Shown here piece by piece: positions 19,203 through 29,694 of a DNA stretch of 64,000 nt. The notes beneath the pieces are model-generated. The model was not told where the DNA came from. It saw only the letters and a list, made by a program, of their open reading frames with translations, and did no database searches. Source of the stretch: Meyerozyma guilliermondii. Its lineage: Eukaryota. The first letter of the stretch is position 1. Each line of letters starts with the position of its first letter. The position numbers and the translations under genes are program-made. The stretch spans positions 1,116,001-1,180,000 of the forward strand of contig CP128816.1 of the NCBI GenBank assembly GCA_051546255.1, given 5' to 3'.

Positions 19203-20981
19203 TTATGTAGTTTTCAATCGGTCAGCAATGGAATGTTCTGAACGGACTATAGAGTCCACCATTTCATGTAATCGAGCCGATCGGGCTTCTATGGCCAATT
19301 TCTCTTTTTCAAGAATATTTTCGTAGCACTTGACATCGATGGTCTGTTGAGCGTATCGAGCAGCAGCATCAAGAATTGACTCGGCTAGTTTTTTGGCACT
19401 TTCGTTGTCGGTGGTGTACTGAGCGTCTAGCAGCAGTTTTAGTGCCGCATTTTCTGATTTAAGGTCTTTATGTGCCTCCATCATACTCTTTGAAAATGCC
19501 GGAAGCTCGGTGAGACTGGGTACTTTTGGGTGCAATTTTGAAGGAACCTCCTTATCAATTTGACTATGGATACGTTCGAAAACATCTTCAGCCAAATCTT
19601 CCACCATAACCGCATTGAAGCGCGGATCTTCGTACCTTTTGTAGTCGGATCTAACCAAAATTAAAAGTTCGTCCGCAATCAACTTATCCAAACCTTCCAA
19701 CTTTTTGTCAACTAACAGGTTAGGATGAGGCACAGAAAGGCCCTTCTGGATCGCCTGCGATCTTCGAAGTTTGGCCCTTTCCTCATCAACCAAGCGCAAG
19801 GTTTCCAACATACGCATGTGCTCTCCAGCATCGGTATCGACTGCCATAGTAGGAATGGTAATGGACTCTTGATCGTCCTCAAATTTGGGTAAAACCAAGT
19901 CAGAATGGTGGCGTGGAGGAGGAAGTCGAGACAAGGACTCGGTAATGTAATGGCGTAACATTTTGCGTTCCTTCTTAACATCCTTTCGTATCTCGGAACT
20001 AGACTTAGGCTGCACCAAAGCTTGATCTTCATTCTTCGCCGAGGCCAAAGCGCTTGTTTCAGCCATACGAGACTTTATCGCAGCAACGTTGCTCGAAATA
20101 CGATCGTCAATTGCTTCTGCATTGGTCTCCTGTCCCGGCATTGGAAGGTTTAATTTGCGTCGTTTGAGCTGCTCTGTTTCCAAAGTATTAACAGCTTCTG
20201 CCGCCACTTCCAAATCATGCTTTTGTTGGTTCTTTTCTTTGTCATCGTCTTTGTTCTTTCTCTTTTTCCCAGCGTTTTCAACCCCGGCTCTAGCAACCTT
20301 CTTGTCAAACTCTGACAATTGTGTTTCATTTGTAGTTATTTCGTCGGTTGTATCGTATATTCCCGCTCTTGGAGCTCGCTCGTGAGGGATATGGTTCAAC
20401 TCGGCTGCAGAATAACGCAGTTTCACCGAAACACCTGCCTGCTTGAGCTCATGGCGCTTTTGAAGCTGAGATACCCGTAATGTCTCCCGAAGCATCCGTT
20501 CTCGTGCTTTCCGCTGAGCCTTTTTTCCCTGTGTATTCGCCAACCGAGCTTTGGCTTCTGCCAAAAGTTCCATCTCCTCATCATCAGCTTCATCTGGCCT
20601 GGCCGGTTGCAGCTCTGCGTTCAAATTCACATCTCCAGCCTGTGCCACGGCTACAGATCCTTCGATGAGCTCATTATACCGGTCTGAGCAGCTTGCCGCG
20701 GTGCGTCCCATTACAGGAGCAATACTTTGCCACTGATTGGGCATAATTTTGGCCAACAGAAGAAGCTTATCATCTTCTTCTCGAGTCCAAGTAGACTTAT
20801 TTATGGTAGGACTTAACCACTCATTCCAACGAGCTTTTGCTTGTTTTGCTGACTTTTTTGTTAACAACGAAGACACTCGAGCCCATTGATTTAGACCATA
20901 TTTGGAAACCGCTGCTTTGAGAATCTCATCTTCAACATTGGTCCAGGCTCCACCCTTAACATAAAGCGGCATCGTCGGCAC
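19203..20981 (-). CDS. CEF1: Pre-mRNA splicing factor Cef1/Cdc5 (Myb repeats, NTC)
   Basis: YVKGGAWTNVEDEILKAAVSKYGLNQWARVSSLL...ARWNEWL...EAKARLANTQGKKAQRKARERML. Confidence 0.95.
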   Translation of the reverse strand: MPTMPLYVKGGAWTNVEDEILKAAVSKYGLNQWARVSSLLTKKSAKQAKARWNEWLSPTINKSTWTREEDDKLLLLAKIMPNQWQSIAPVMGRTAASCSDRYNELIEGSVAVAQAGDVNLNAELQPARPDEADDEEMELLAEAKARLANTQGKKAQRKARERMLRETLRVSQLQKRHELKQAGVSVKLRYSAAELNHIPHERAPRAGIYDTTDEITTNETQLSEFDKKVARAGVENAGKKRKNKDDDKEKNQQKHDLEVAAEAVNTLETEQLKRRKLNLPMPGQETNAEAIDDRISSNVAAIKSRMAETSALASAKNEDQALVQPKSSSEIRKDVKKERKMLRHYITESLSRLPPPRHHSDLVLPKFEDDQESITIPTMAVDTDAGEHMRMLETLRLVDEERAKLRRSQAIQKGLSVPHPNLLVDKKLEGLDKLIADELLILVRSDYKRYEDPRFNAVMVEDLAEDVFERIHSQIDKEVPSKLHPKVPSLTELPAFSKSMMEAHKDLKSENAALKLLLDAQYTTDNESAKKLAESILDAAARYAQQTIDVKCYENILEKEKLAIEARSARLHEMVDSIVRSEHSIADRLKTT

Positions 20982-21260
20982 TTACTCTATGCACTAGTTG
21001 AGGCTCTGCGATCAGCTGCTGGAGGGGAACAAATTACACCAAAACTAGAAAAATAGCACAAAAGCACTACAAGTAGAACAATGATGTACGCAGCCGATTT
21101 CTCATGTCTTCGCACCCGATCGCATCCAATGCACCGCAAAACCATAGCCGTATTTGGCGCGCGGGGGAAGCCTGTGAAAAGCGTCGGTTAAAACCCAACT
21201 AGAAACAACTCATTAAAAGTGTTGTTAATATTCTTAACCTGGTTTTTTGGCGGCCGAGTC

Positions 21261-23858
21261 ATGAGGGTCTTTCACTCCAAACATCAAAAGTTGATCCTTC
21301 AATGCTATCCCGCTGGTAAAGCTCCCGACAAAAAACCAAACTCATCAGAGCTCAGTTATTTATTATACTATGCTCTGACCCGTCGAATTAAATTGGAAAA
21401 AGTTTCGGTTTTCTTGGACCGCAAAACCGCCTCTGACTCCCACCATAATCGCACGGGAAATGTTCTCGTTAGTCTTTCCATTGTTGCTGCTCTTATTGAA
21501 CGTTGTGCTGACAATCTTAATGTCTTTGCTCCATATGTTTGCTCAATTCTCCTGCTGGCGCTCAAAATCCAAGATATTGCCGTGGCTCGTGAAGTAGTAC
21601 TGACCTATGGTACTTTTTGTACTCATTTGGACCTGGCTCTTTTCTCTGGTGACAAAGATTTTGTGGGTAAGTTCTCCGATTTGTCACAGGAATTGGTCAA
21701 TATAGGTGAAAACAAACAGGGTCCTAATAAGTTGGAATGGAAGCTATTGTCGCTCACCTCGTGTAGATACGTTTTCTCGTGTCTGGGCTATTCCAAACTT
21801 AGCAAAAAGTTCATCCGTTCTTGCATGCCAATTTTGGTTGATTTTGTCCGCGAGCATGTCACCGAGGAGGAGTTGAAATCTCGTGTCAGTTCACAGATTA
21901 AGGTGGAAAACGACGCACACGTCTCCAGAGTGATCCTGAACAGGCTCAGTACCTACAAAAATGGATCCGAACAGTCTATTCTGGAAGAAACTCTTGTGGA
22001 AGAAGCATTTTCTGCCCTCCGTACTCTCTTCAACACCTCATCTCTGTCGCAAATTGTCGAGGCAACATTTGAATTGGTGAAACATTGCTATACTGTTCGT
22101 GCCCCCAACTCGTGGGGCACTTCTTTCCTTGCGTTGTGTACAACCTGGATCCCGGTGCAACTTCGGTTCACTGCGTTATCGCTCTTGCAAAAACTTGATT
22201 CCCTGGACTTGGATTTCGAACTCCAAAAACACTATGCCAGCTACGTATTGGCATTGGTGTCCCTGGATGTCAATATGATTGGACTTTCGATATCAGATAT
22301 CATGCAACAATTATTGACATTGCAAAGCAAATTGTTTTTGACCCAAGCTGAAAAGTTTGAATCTGATGAAGTACGACAACTTTCTTCCTTGTACTCTCAA
22401 TGTATCTGCAACTTGAGTACCCATATCTACTATTTTGACCAGGTTCCAGATTCAGTCCAAGAGATCTTGTTTAAAATTGATACCGTTTTTCTTCTGGCTC
22501 CACTGTCACCTTCACAATCAAAGCAGGTGTATGATTTGGTAATGACTCTTTTGGGTGACATTGCCAATATACTCACCACCCTTCGCAAGAAGTCGAGCAT
22601 CATTACTCGTAACCAAGTGACTCTTGAGCACTGGGAGATAAGTTTGCCGTTGTTAGCACCTCCACTGGAAGATGCTTCCAACAGTGAGTTACCTAAAAAC
22701 CTACTTTCAAAAATCCAAATACGCTACTTGGAGGTTTTCCAAGATTTCTTGAAGCATGAACTTGTTCTGGGAGATGATAAGAAAACCCAGGTAAGCAACC
22801 TTAGTTCCGAAAGTATCCAAGATATCAATGAGTTTACCAAGCCCGATTTCAACGATTATATCACCGAACTGGAGAACTTTATTTGTCAATTTTTCATTTA
22901 TTTGGACAGGTATTTACTGCGTGAGGTAGACGCCAAAGTGTTGTCTGTGTTGATTGACGTGCTTGTGGATTTATTACTGACGTTGGGTATCAACTTTGTT
23001 GCCAACTTTGTTCCTTACTACTTCCATTGGCAATTAGCTCTCAACCAAAGTTCAATCGAACACCAAGACAAAGTCAAGGATACAGTGGCACATATCGTGA
23101 TGTACTACTCACTCCGGTCGTTGGATGCCATGTACCCTACGGAACTTCAAGGTTACGTTTCCAAATCTTCATTCTATGCCAACTTTTTGGTGGACATCGA
23201 GTACCGTAAGTTGAATGGATTATGGGTGGAACAGTTGCTGGCACATCCCACCAACTTTGAAGTAATGAAGAATCTGAACCCCAAGAGTCACCAAGACCGC
23301 AATGGAGTCCTTCGTTTCAATACGTCTCGCAAAGCAATACAAGACTTTGTGAATGGAAACGGGTTTACGGCAACTTGGATCAACGTGAACAGATTACTTC
23401 GTCTTGAAATTCAAAAACATTCCCACAATGAACTGCCCTCAAATATTCCAGTGTTTTCTGAAGCGTCAAGCTTTAGTGAAAGTGGTTCGAGTTCATCGTA
23501 CCGTCGTGCTGGTTTGGGACTCGGCAATGCCAATGATATTACATCAATTCATTCCGAGCTCGTCCACAATTATCAGAATAATGGTCGCAACCATTATGAC
23601 TACAGTAATGGGTCAGTCCTCACGTCAGAGCAGCCCCGTTTCTTCAACTCTCCACGGGTGGCTGACTTGAAGGAGCTGATTTTTGAACACAAGGGCGGCA
23701 ACAAAATCCTGAACGATTTCGTATTCAACTCCACTTCGTCGATCGCCAGTGCCAAAATCAAACCAAATGCCGGATCTATATTGTCTAAGCTGATGATGAC
23801 TGCGAACGTCAATGACATCGTCAAAGATTTCGACAGCGACGACGAGATTGTCGTCTAG
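21261..23858 (+). CDS. EFR3: Efr3, plasma-membrane scaffold of the Stt4 PI4-kinase complex
   Basis: KHQKLILQCYP, KPNSSELSYLLYYA(S)TRRIKLEKV, WIPVQLRF, NMIGLSISDI, L(S)THIYYFDQV and SPRVADLK. First ATG at 21261. Confidence 0.93.
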   Translation: MRVFHSKHQKLILQCYPAGKAPDKKPNSSELSYLLYYALTRRIKLEKVSVFLDRKTASDSHHNRTGNVLVSLSIVAALIERCADNLNVFAPYVCSILLLALKIQDIAVAREVVLTYGTFCTHLDLALFSGDKDFVGKFSDLSQELVNIGENKQGPNKLEWKLLSLTSCRYVFSCLGYSKLSKKFIRSCMPILVDFVREHVTEEELKSRVSSQIKVENDAHVSRVILNRLSTYKNGSEQSILEETLVEEAFSALRTLFNTSSLSQIVEATFELVKHCYTVRAPNSWGTSFLALCTTWIPVQLRFTALSLLQKLDSLDLDFELQKHYASYVLALVSLDVNMIGLSISDIMQQLLTLQSKLFLTQAEKFESDEVRQLSSLYSQCICNLSTHIYYFDQVPDSVQEILFKIDTVFLLAPLSPSQSKQVYDLVMTLLGDIANILTTLRKKSSIITRNQVTLEHWEISLPLLAPPLEDASNSELPKNLLSKIQIRYLEVFQDFLKHELVLGDDKKTQVSNLSSESIQDINEFTKPDFNDYITELENFICQFFIYLDRYLLREVDAKVLSVLIDVLVDLLLTLGINFVANFVPYYFHWQLALNQSSIEHQDKVKDTVAHIVMYYSLRSLDAMYPTELQGYVSKSSFYANFLVDIEYRKLNGLWVEQLLAHPTNFEVMKNLNPKSHQDRNGVLRFNTSRKAIQDFVNGNGFTATWINVNRLLRLEIQKHSHNELPSNIPVFSEASSFSESGSSSSYRRAGLGLGNANDITSIHSELVHNYQNNGRNHYDYSNGSVLTSEQPRFFNSPRVADLKELIFEHKGGNKILNDFVFNSTSSIASAKIKPNAGSILSKLMMTANVNDIVKDFDSDDEIVV

Positions 23859-23888
23859 TTACAGATTATTTATTGCCTAAATGTACAC

Positions 23889-24410
23889 TTATTCGTCATC
23901 GTCATCACTGTCATCTCCCAATGCTTCAAAAGCATTGAAACTGATGGTGTTCTTGTCAGCAATTGCATCACGAGGATCCACTGCTTTGGACGATCCAAGG
24001 TTCTTGTTGTTGGGCCGTGCCTTCACCGAACCATCCTTTAAACTGTCCCGGAACTTGGTCCGTTCTTCGCCTGCTTCCTCGGCTCCAAATGATTTTTTTG
24101 GCTTAGCTAAAGTAGCCCATCCATCATCATCTACCGTCACCGATTCCGCACCTTTTCTCTTCAAATTTGGCTTGGCGCCAGAACGCGATCCCCGGCGACG
24201 ATTCAAGTGATGATAAGGTCTTTCATTACCATTTTCATCGATATACGTGTCGCCATTGCTCCACTTCAAATGCTTCTGACGTTCTATTTCAGCATTTGCA
24301 TGTTCGCGTACCTCATCTACCATCTGGTTGAACGCGTCCAACACCTGTGGCTGGGGATTGTAGGCGATTTCCTGAAACTCAAGCAATTCGTCTTCCGTGT
24401 ACTTTACCAT
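23889..24410 (-). CDS. CAF20: Cap-associated eIF4E-binding protein Caf20 (p20)
   Basis: Starts MVKYTEDELL (YxxxxL-phi eIF4E-binding motif). Also DDDGWATL, RPNNKNLGSSKAVDPRD and FNAFEAL. Confidence 0.92.
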   Translation of the reverse strand: MVKYTEDELLEFQEIAYNPQPQVLDAFNQMVDEVREHANAEIERQKHLKWSNGDTYIDENGNERPYHHLNRRRGSRSGAKPNLKRKGAESVTVDDDGWATLAKPKKSFGAEEAGEERTKFRDSLKDGSVKARPNNKNLGSSKAVDPRDAIADKNTISFNAFEALGDDSDDDDE

Positions 24411-24461
24411 GGCTCTCTCTTTGACGTTCATGCGACAAGAAAAAATGAGAACAAAACCCCG

Positions 24462-24516
24462 CACGTGACATCCATTGCCCCAGCCTCATTCCCCAGTTTC
24501 TGGCGCACCTCATCGC
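24462..24516. promoter_or_regulatory. Bidirectional CAF20/TMA16 promoter with a Cbf1-type E-box and a PAC element
   Basis: CACGTGAC at 24462-24469 and CTCATCGC (reverse complement of GCGATGAG) at 24509-24516, within a 152-bp divergent gap. Confidence 0.55.
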
Positions 24517-24562
24517 TGATTTGAGATTTTGGTTTTTCGATTTTCGCATTTCATCACTACCG

Positions 24563-25084
24563 ATGCCCATCGCTCACAGTCTTAAAAAAGTCGCCAAAAA
24601 TGTGTCCAAGCACTCGGGACAGATGCATATAAAGGGCCGCAAGTTCAAGCAGTTGAACCGTGCCACTTTGCGAGACCAAAAATTGACAGAAAGAAAGAGA
24701 AATTCCCAGGAACACAAGATGAAAGAACTTGAAAGTTTGAGATTCTTCCAAGCAGCGATCCAAAACAGAGGAAACTCTTCGTTTCTGATGGAGGAGATCA
24801 AGATTTTCATAGAAAGCTACCTTTCTCGTTTTGACGAGGAATTGAGCACTTTGAGGCTTGATAGAAGACCTGGTCGTCCTCCCACTACTCGCCAGCAAAA
24901 ATTGGAACAGCAACTTGAAACAGATAAACAACTTTACCAAACCGGATTCCGAGTGCCGGACATTCGCGACAAGAAGACGGTGGAGAACTTGCGCAACTGG
25001 AATGGTTCGCCCGGTGGAACCACTATCTTAAAGTTCATTCGTGTGACTAAAGACCTGTCGGATGCCACCGAAATGGAAGATTAA
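24563..25084 (+). CDS. TMA16: Translation machinery-associated protein Tma16
   Basis: MPIAHSLKKV...MHIKGRKFKQLNRATLRDQKL...RFDEEL...RRPGRPPT...TGFRVPDI...WNGS. Confidence 0.9.
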   Translation: MPIAHSLKKVAKNVSKHSGQMHIKGRKFKQLNRATLRDQKLTERKRNSQEHKMKELESLRFFQAAIQNRGNSSFLMEEIKIFIESYLSRFDEELSTLRLDRRPGRPPTTRQQKLEQQLETDKQLYQTGFRVPDIRDKKTVENLRNWNGSPGGTTILKFIRVTKDLSDATEMED

Positions 25085-25123
25085 TGAAGAGATGAATAAC
25101 AAATTCTTTAAACATAACTACAT

Positions 25124-28100
25124 TCAGTCTTTTGACTTCCACAACAAGCTCTTCCATACCAGTGGCTGTTGTTGTGGCGTGCTTTCCTTAATCGTGGACT
25201 CCCTCACCACCGGTGGTTCAACTTGAATCACTTGTGGGACGGGCTCTGGCCTTCTTTTAACACTCGAAACGGAATTGGGACGAGTCCAGTACCAGTCTAG
25301 ACCAAAAAGAAGGACAAACAAGGCACCAGCAGTCGCCAATACCGACTTGAGCCGTACGAGCCATTTTCCTCCTTTTCTGCGAATCTCACGTTCGAAAACC
25401 ATCATTTTTTCTCCCTTTTCACCACCACCGATCAACCTCCAGTGCTTTCTTTGAAGCCGATTCACACTCTTGATGAACTTTTCCGCGTCCTTTTCGCCAA
25501 AGCGACTCAAAATGGTATACATATCTTCGGTAACATGACGAGGGCCAAGTGGGTTTTCGCGCGATACCACTTGTTGACCATCCTGGGTCAAAAGTAAGTA
25601 CTGCTTGTTCTTGCCAGCATCCTTTTTCACTTCCAAGGGATTGAAAAAGTTGTGCGACTCCAACGATCTATTCGAATGACACATACTTTTACTCCATTCA
25701 TAAGCCTTGTTCGCTCTAAACTCTTGCTCTTGACCCAAATGCTGCTTTTCCTTGGCATCCTTCAAAAACTGTTCGACTTTCGACTTGTGTACTGAGCGAC
25801 GGTTATAGTTGTCTCTGATATCATCGGCGGTCATCCCACTAAGGTACTTTGCTTCCTCGGGATCCTCTTCAGCGAGTCGATTCTTCGCATCAGCTTTTGC
25901 CTTTTGAACTGATGGCGGTTCTCCAAACATTTGCTCACTAAACGAGTCAGGTTCCGAACGTGATTTCGAAACCGAAGACATGAGATCATCAATGTTCGAA
26001 TACTTGGGTTTCGTTGTAGCCGAGGACTCTCCACCGATGAATTCCTGTAAGTTGTACTTGTTTAGCTTTGGCTCTTTGTCAAGGTTAGAAGCCACAATGC
26101 GGGCACCACTTTCGTCAAACATATCGACCGATGAAGTGTCTCTGATGTTCGCAATAGATGTCAAATGGTTGTCAAAAATCTTTTGTGCTTCGTCCACCGA
26201 CTTAACCTGAGCATTCACCAGCTTGGTTAGAAGGAGCGGGTAGTGCTTTATTTGCAGATTTAGTGCAGAAAGCTCACGAATCAAATCGTTGATAAGAGGA
26301 CGTTCATACTTGCTTCTTCCCTTCGAGAACTCTTGAAGCTTTTCGTTAAAGTTGACCTTTATAGGATCTCCTAATGCTGCACAAATGTCTCTCAACAAGT
26401 ATTCATAGTTGCGAACTAATTGAAAGTGACGAGCAACAAGGTCTGAAACATTCGTGGGCCCTTTTTTGCGGCCCTCAAATTGCCCAAACACCTCTCCGTT
26501 CAAAATGACGTTATCCAAGATGAATGTTTGGTTTCCGTTATGTTTGAAAAGTACCGATAAAACACGGTAAAGTTTGCGCAAGATCAACCTTTTCTCGAGA
26601 TTGAACTTCTTTTCCATGGTCGCCATCAGAGCCAATTTGGCAAGAATAGAGCTTGCATCAGAATCTTTGAAGCTGCTTCCAATCTCCGTTCGTAATTGCA
26701 TCAAATCAACGATATAGTCCTCCAATAGAAAGTCATCTGGAATTTGCTTGTAATCCATTGCTTTTGTCTTGTCACTAACAGTCTTGTCAAGGTTTTCAAA
26801 AACAGATTGACTATGCAAAAGGGTATCCAAAATAGCAACATAGCCACCATTAATAGCAAATAGCTTTCTCAAACGCCCTTCTAACCGCATGAAATTGAAC
26901 AATTTATCTTGAATCTCTACAAGCAGCTCATCAGCTAGAGCGTTCAGTAAAGATTGCAACAATTCAATCAGAGTCACTGACTTGAAATCTTGACCCTTCA
27001 ATAATACGTTTTTCACAATGCAGAGTTCATTGGTGAACTTATAGAGTTCCAACTCATCGGGAATTTGAACGTAGTTAGATTTGGCTTTGATAGATTTTTC
27101 AACCTCAGCGAACACCTTGTGGCTATTGATAATGGAGTCAAGAACAAAGGTGTACCCACCATTATTTCTTAGTAACGCTTCGAGACTGCGTTGTAATCTT
27201 AGGTGTGGGATAGAATCGCTATGCCTGTGATTGACCCAAGAGGCATATAGGTCAAGCAAATCGTTCCGTGAATACCCTGAAAAGTTGTTACCTCCTAAAA
27301 CATCTTCCTTAAAGGCAGAAAGTTCCGTAACAAACTCATGAATATTTGAATCGTCAGGAATCTGCAAGTATGCTCCACCGACAGGTTGACCGCAATACTT
27401 ATCAAGATTGGCACAATCACTTTGCGACAATCCTTCAAACGCAGCCAACAATTCCTTATACTTCAGTATAGTTTCATCATTTATAGCCGATGATGAATCA
27501 TATGAGTCCATTTGGAATTCAAGGATTTGGGAGTCCAAAATGGCACACAATTGACCCGGCAGAAATAACGAGTAGGGAAAATTGCAAAGATCATGTGCCT
27601 TGAACTCGGCCAACTCTGTGGTGAACTTACTCATATCGACCGCTGGTTTTGTCTCTTCAGATTCGTTAGCTTTGATGTGCCGCAAATCGATATCCCCTAA
27701 GCTCCTATCCGACTCAAACCACTCGTAAGCTGTGTCAAGCTTTGCGCAAATGGTTGGGTCATCAAGTAGTTTATCTATAACAGCACTATTCCATGGACAA
27801 GCCTGCTCGTAATGACAAATGGCCATAATTGCATCCTCGACAGCCGCGACTAAATGGGCGTTCACAGAGAGTGAATTCAACAATTTATTGACATCTTCAC
27901 CCAGAAAGCTAGCTTGTTCGAATTTCTCTCCGAAATGATACCGCAAAATCTGTAACCCAAGCCTCTTTCTATACAACCCACTTTCGAACACGGCATTCAA
28001 TTCATAGTTGCTCTGGAATGAATCATCAAATAGAAACCAATCAGATGGGGCCAGGTAGTCGAACATGTCTTTAAACTCGTGGTCTTTCACTGTGCCATTG

Positions 28101-29197
28101 CAAAACTGGGGCATGAGAGAGATAAGAATTCGCTTCGAAAATGTGTAAACCAAATCATCAGTACTTTCCGCCAAGTTTGAGCACAATAATGAAGCAAAGG
28201 AAGAGAAGTTTTCCCAGTGAGACTCGTTCGACGACGGACTAGCCGCAAAGATGTAGCTGACGTATGGATTGAAACGCAGTTTCAAAGAGTCCAATTTTTC
28301 TTGTGCTCCTGATAATTGAAACACCTTATAAGTAATCGAGCTCAACGAAGGGTCCTCCAACACTCTGGCAATAGTGACAGGTTTGATATTGCATGACTTC
28401 AAGATATCACGAAGCCGTTTGTACCTATGAACCTGGATGAAGCAGCTCCAAAATGATTCTGTGAAGAAAGCATCACGATCGCTCTCCAGCAATATGGCAT
28501 CGAACTCATGAGCAGTTGCATCAATAGAGCGACAAACCTCTGCAGTGGATACCGCAGAAAAGTCCAATTCGTTGGAGAGGCATGAAAGCTCACCAATAAA
28601 GGAGCCAGCTCCACTTCTGAAAAAATCAATTGTCGATGCCAGCACCTTTGCTTGATTAAAAACTTGAGGGGTTAGATAGGAAGGGAATTCAGGGTACTTC
28701 GACACGATTTTCAAGACGCCATCAAACATTTTGTAAAACCGATCCTTTTCAATATTGGTATCGATTTTACCCTTGGAATACATGTCCTTGAAGATGTACA
28801 ATGAGTTCAAAAATTCTGTGGTAGTAAATTGGTCAAAGGACCGGATTTTACTGTCGTACGAATTGACGACAAACTTGAGAAATTGGGTCAACTCATAAAA
28901 GTACGTGACTGCAAAATCAAAGCGTGGGTTATCAGTTTGTAAGTTTAAAGACTTCTTCACCACATCATAGCTGAGAGGAGTGGAAGCAGGCGGCTCATAG
29001 TCAGTGAGAAACGCAAGATCAGGAAACTCCCGTAAACCGGTGCCTTTTGGAGTTCTTCTCAATGTGATAAGATCAATATCGTAATCTTGATAGGTAGCCA
29101 AAGTACGCACAAAATTGATTGCTAAGCTCCTGGAAACAGACCCACGTTGAACAAACACGTAGGGTAGCCTTGAGCTACAGATCAATCTCCTAAGCAT
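25124..29197 (-). CDS. Large uncharacterised protein, probably mitochondrial, with internal ~100-aa repeats and one C-terminal TM
   Basis: 1357-aa ORF. The N-terminus is Arg/Ser/Leu-rich with no acidic residues (MLRRLICSSRLP...VRTLAT). It has three YxQIPD(D/E) repeats and a hydrophobic segment SVLATAGALFVLLFGLDWYW near the C-terminus. Confidence 0.8.
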   Translation of the reverse strand: MLRRLICSSRLPYVFVQRGSVSRSLAINFVRTLATYQDYDIDLITLRRTPKGTGLREFPDLAFLTDYEPPASTPLSYDVVKKSLNLQTDNPRFDFAVTYFYELTQFLKFVVNSYDSKIRSFDQFTTTEFLNSLYIFKDMYSKGKIDTNIEKDRFYKMFDGVLKIVSKYPEFPSYLTPQVFNQAKVLASTIDFFRSGAGSFIGELSCLSNELDFSAVSTAEVCRSIDATAHEFDAILLESDRDAFFTESFWSCFIQVHRYKRLRDILKSCNIKPVTIARVLEDPSLSSITYKVFQLSGAQEKLDSLKLRFNPYVSYIFAASPSSNESHWENFSSFASLLCSNLAESTDDLVYTFSKRILISLMPQFCNGTVKDHEFKDMFDYLAPSDWFLFDDSFQSNYELNAVFESGLYRKRLGLQILRYHFGEKFEQASFLGEDVNKLLNSLSVNAHLVAAVEDAIMAICHYEQACPWNSAVIDKLLDDPTICAKLDTAYEWFESDRSLGDIDLRHIKANESEETKPAVDMSKFTTELAEFKAHDLCNFPYSLFLPGQLCAILDSQILEFQMDSYDSSSAINDETILKYKELLAAFEGLSQSDCANLDKYCGQPVGGAYLQIPDDSNIHEFVTELSAFKEDVLGGNNFSGYSRNDLLDLYASWVNHRHSDSIPHLRLQRSLEALLRNNGGYTFVLDSIINSHKVFAEVEKSIKAKSNYVQIPDELELYKFTNELCIVKNVLLKGQDFKSVTLIELLQSLLNALADELLVEIQDKLFNFMRLEGRLRKLFAINGGYVAILDTLLHSQSVFENLDKTVSDKTKAMDYKQIPDDFLLEDYIVDLMQLRTEIGSSFKDSDASSILAKLALMATMEKKFNLEKRLILRKLYRVLSVLFKHNGNQTFILDNVILNGEVFGQFEGRKKGPTNVSDLVARHFQLVRNYEYLLRDICAALGDPIKVNFNEKLQEFSKGRSKYERPLINDLIRELSALNLQIKHYPLLLTKLVNAQVKSVDEAQKIFDNHLTSIANIRDTSSVDMFDESGARIVASNLDKEPKLNKYNLQEFIGGESSATTKPKYSNIDDLMSSVSKSRSEPDSFSEQMFGEPPSVQKAKADAKNRLAEEDPEEAKYLSGMTADDIRDNYNRRSVHKSKVEQFLKDAKEKQHLGQEQEFRANKAYEWSKSMCHSNRSLESHNFFNPLEVKKDAGKNKQYLLLTQDGQQVVSRENPLGPRHVTEDMYTILSRFGEKDAEKFIKSVNRLQRKHWRLIGGGEKGEKMMVFEREIRRKGGKWLVRLKSVLATAGALFVLLFGLDWYWTRPNSVSSVKRRPEPVPQVIQVEPPVVRESTIKESTPQQQPLVWKSLLWKSKD

Positions 29198-29646
29198 GCT
29201 GGAAGCGTATTTTTGACGTGATCAGATTTGGTTTGCAGCAATAGTAGATTAGGGGATGAAGGTTAAGATGCCAAGACGAGACTTGAAATGTCAAGTACTA
29301 ATTGGGGAATATATGGAGTTTGTGCAATACCGGTTTCGATCTCAAGATTCCTAAAAAAGAATAGAGTTAACGTTTTGGTAACTGATCACACCAGGGGTTA
29401 TCGGCTTATCAATAAATTGTGGAGTCGCGCGCCGATCGGACTTGTGGTGTCTGGGTGTAAGAGCCTCAATTGAAGCATCGGATATATTTGAGAAAGAAAG
29501 ATGTAGCGAAAAAAACAATAGGAGAAAGATGTTGCATTTAATTTACGAAAAGACGAAAATAGCTTTTCATGTAGATTGATCGTAACCTACAATAAGCCAA
29601 GAAAAATAATTAACCAAAACTTGAAAATTTATACTACGTTGCTGGT

Positions 29647-29694
29647 TTGTTTTGCCATTTGATCTGCCAATTGATTTACCAATTGATCTACCTA
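29647..29694. repeat. Imperfect 12-bp tandem repeat (TTGATCTGCCAA-like, about 4 copies)
   Basis: ttgttttgccat ttgatctgccaa ttgatttaccaa ttgatctaccta. Confidence 0.6.
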
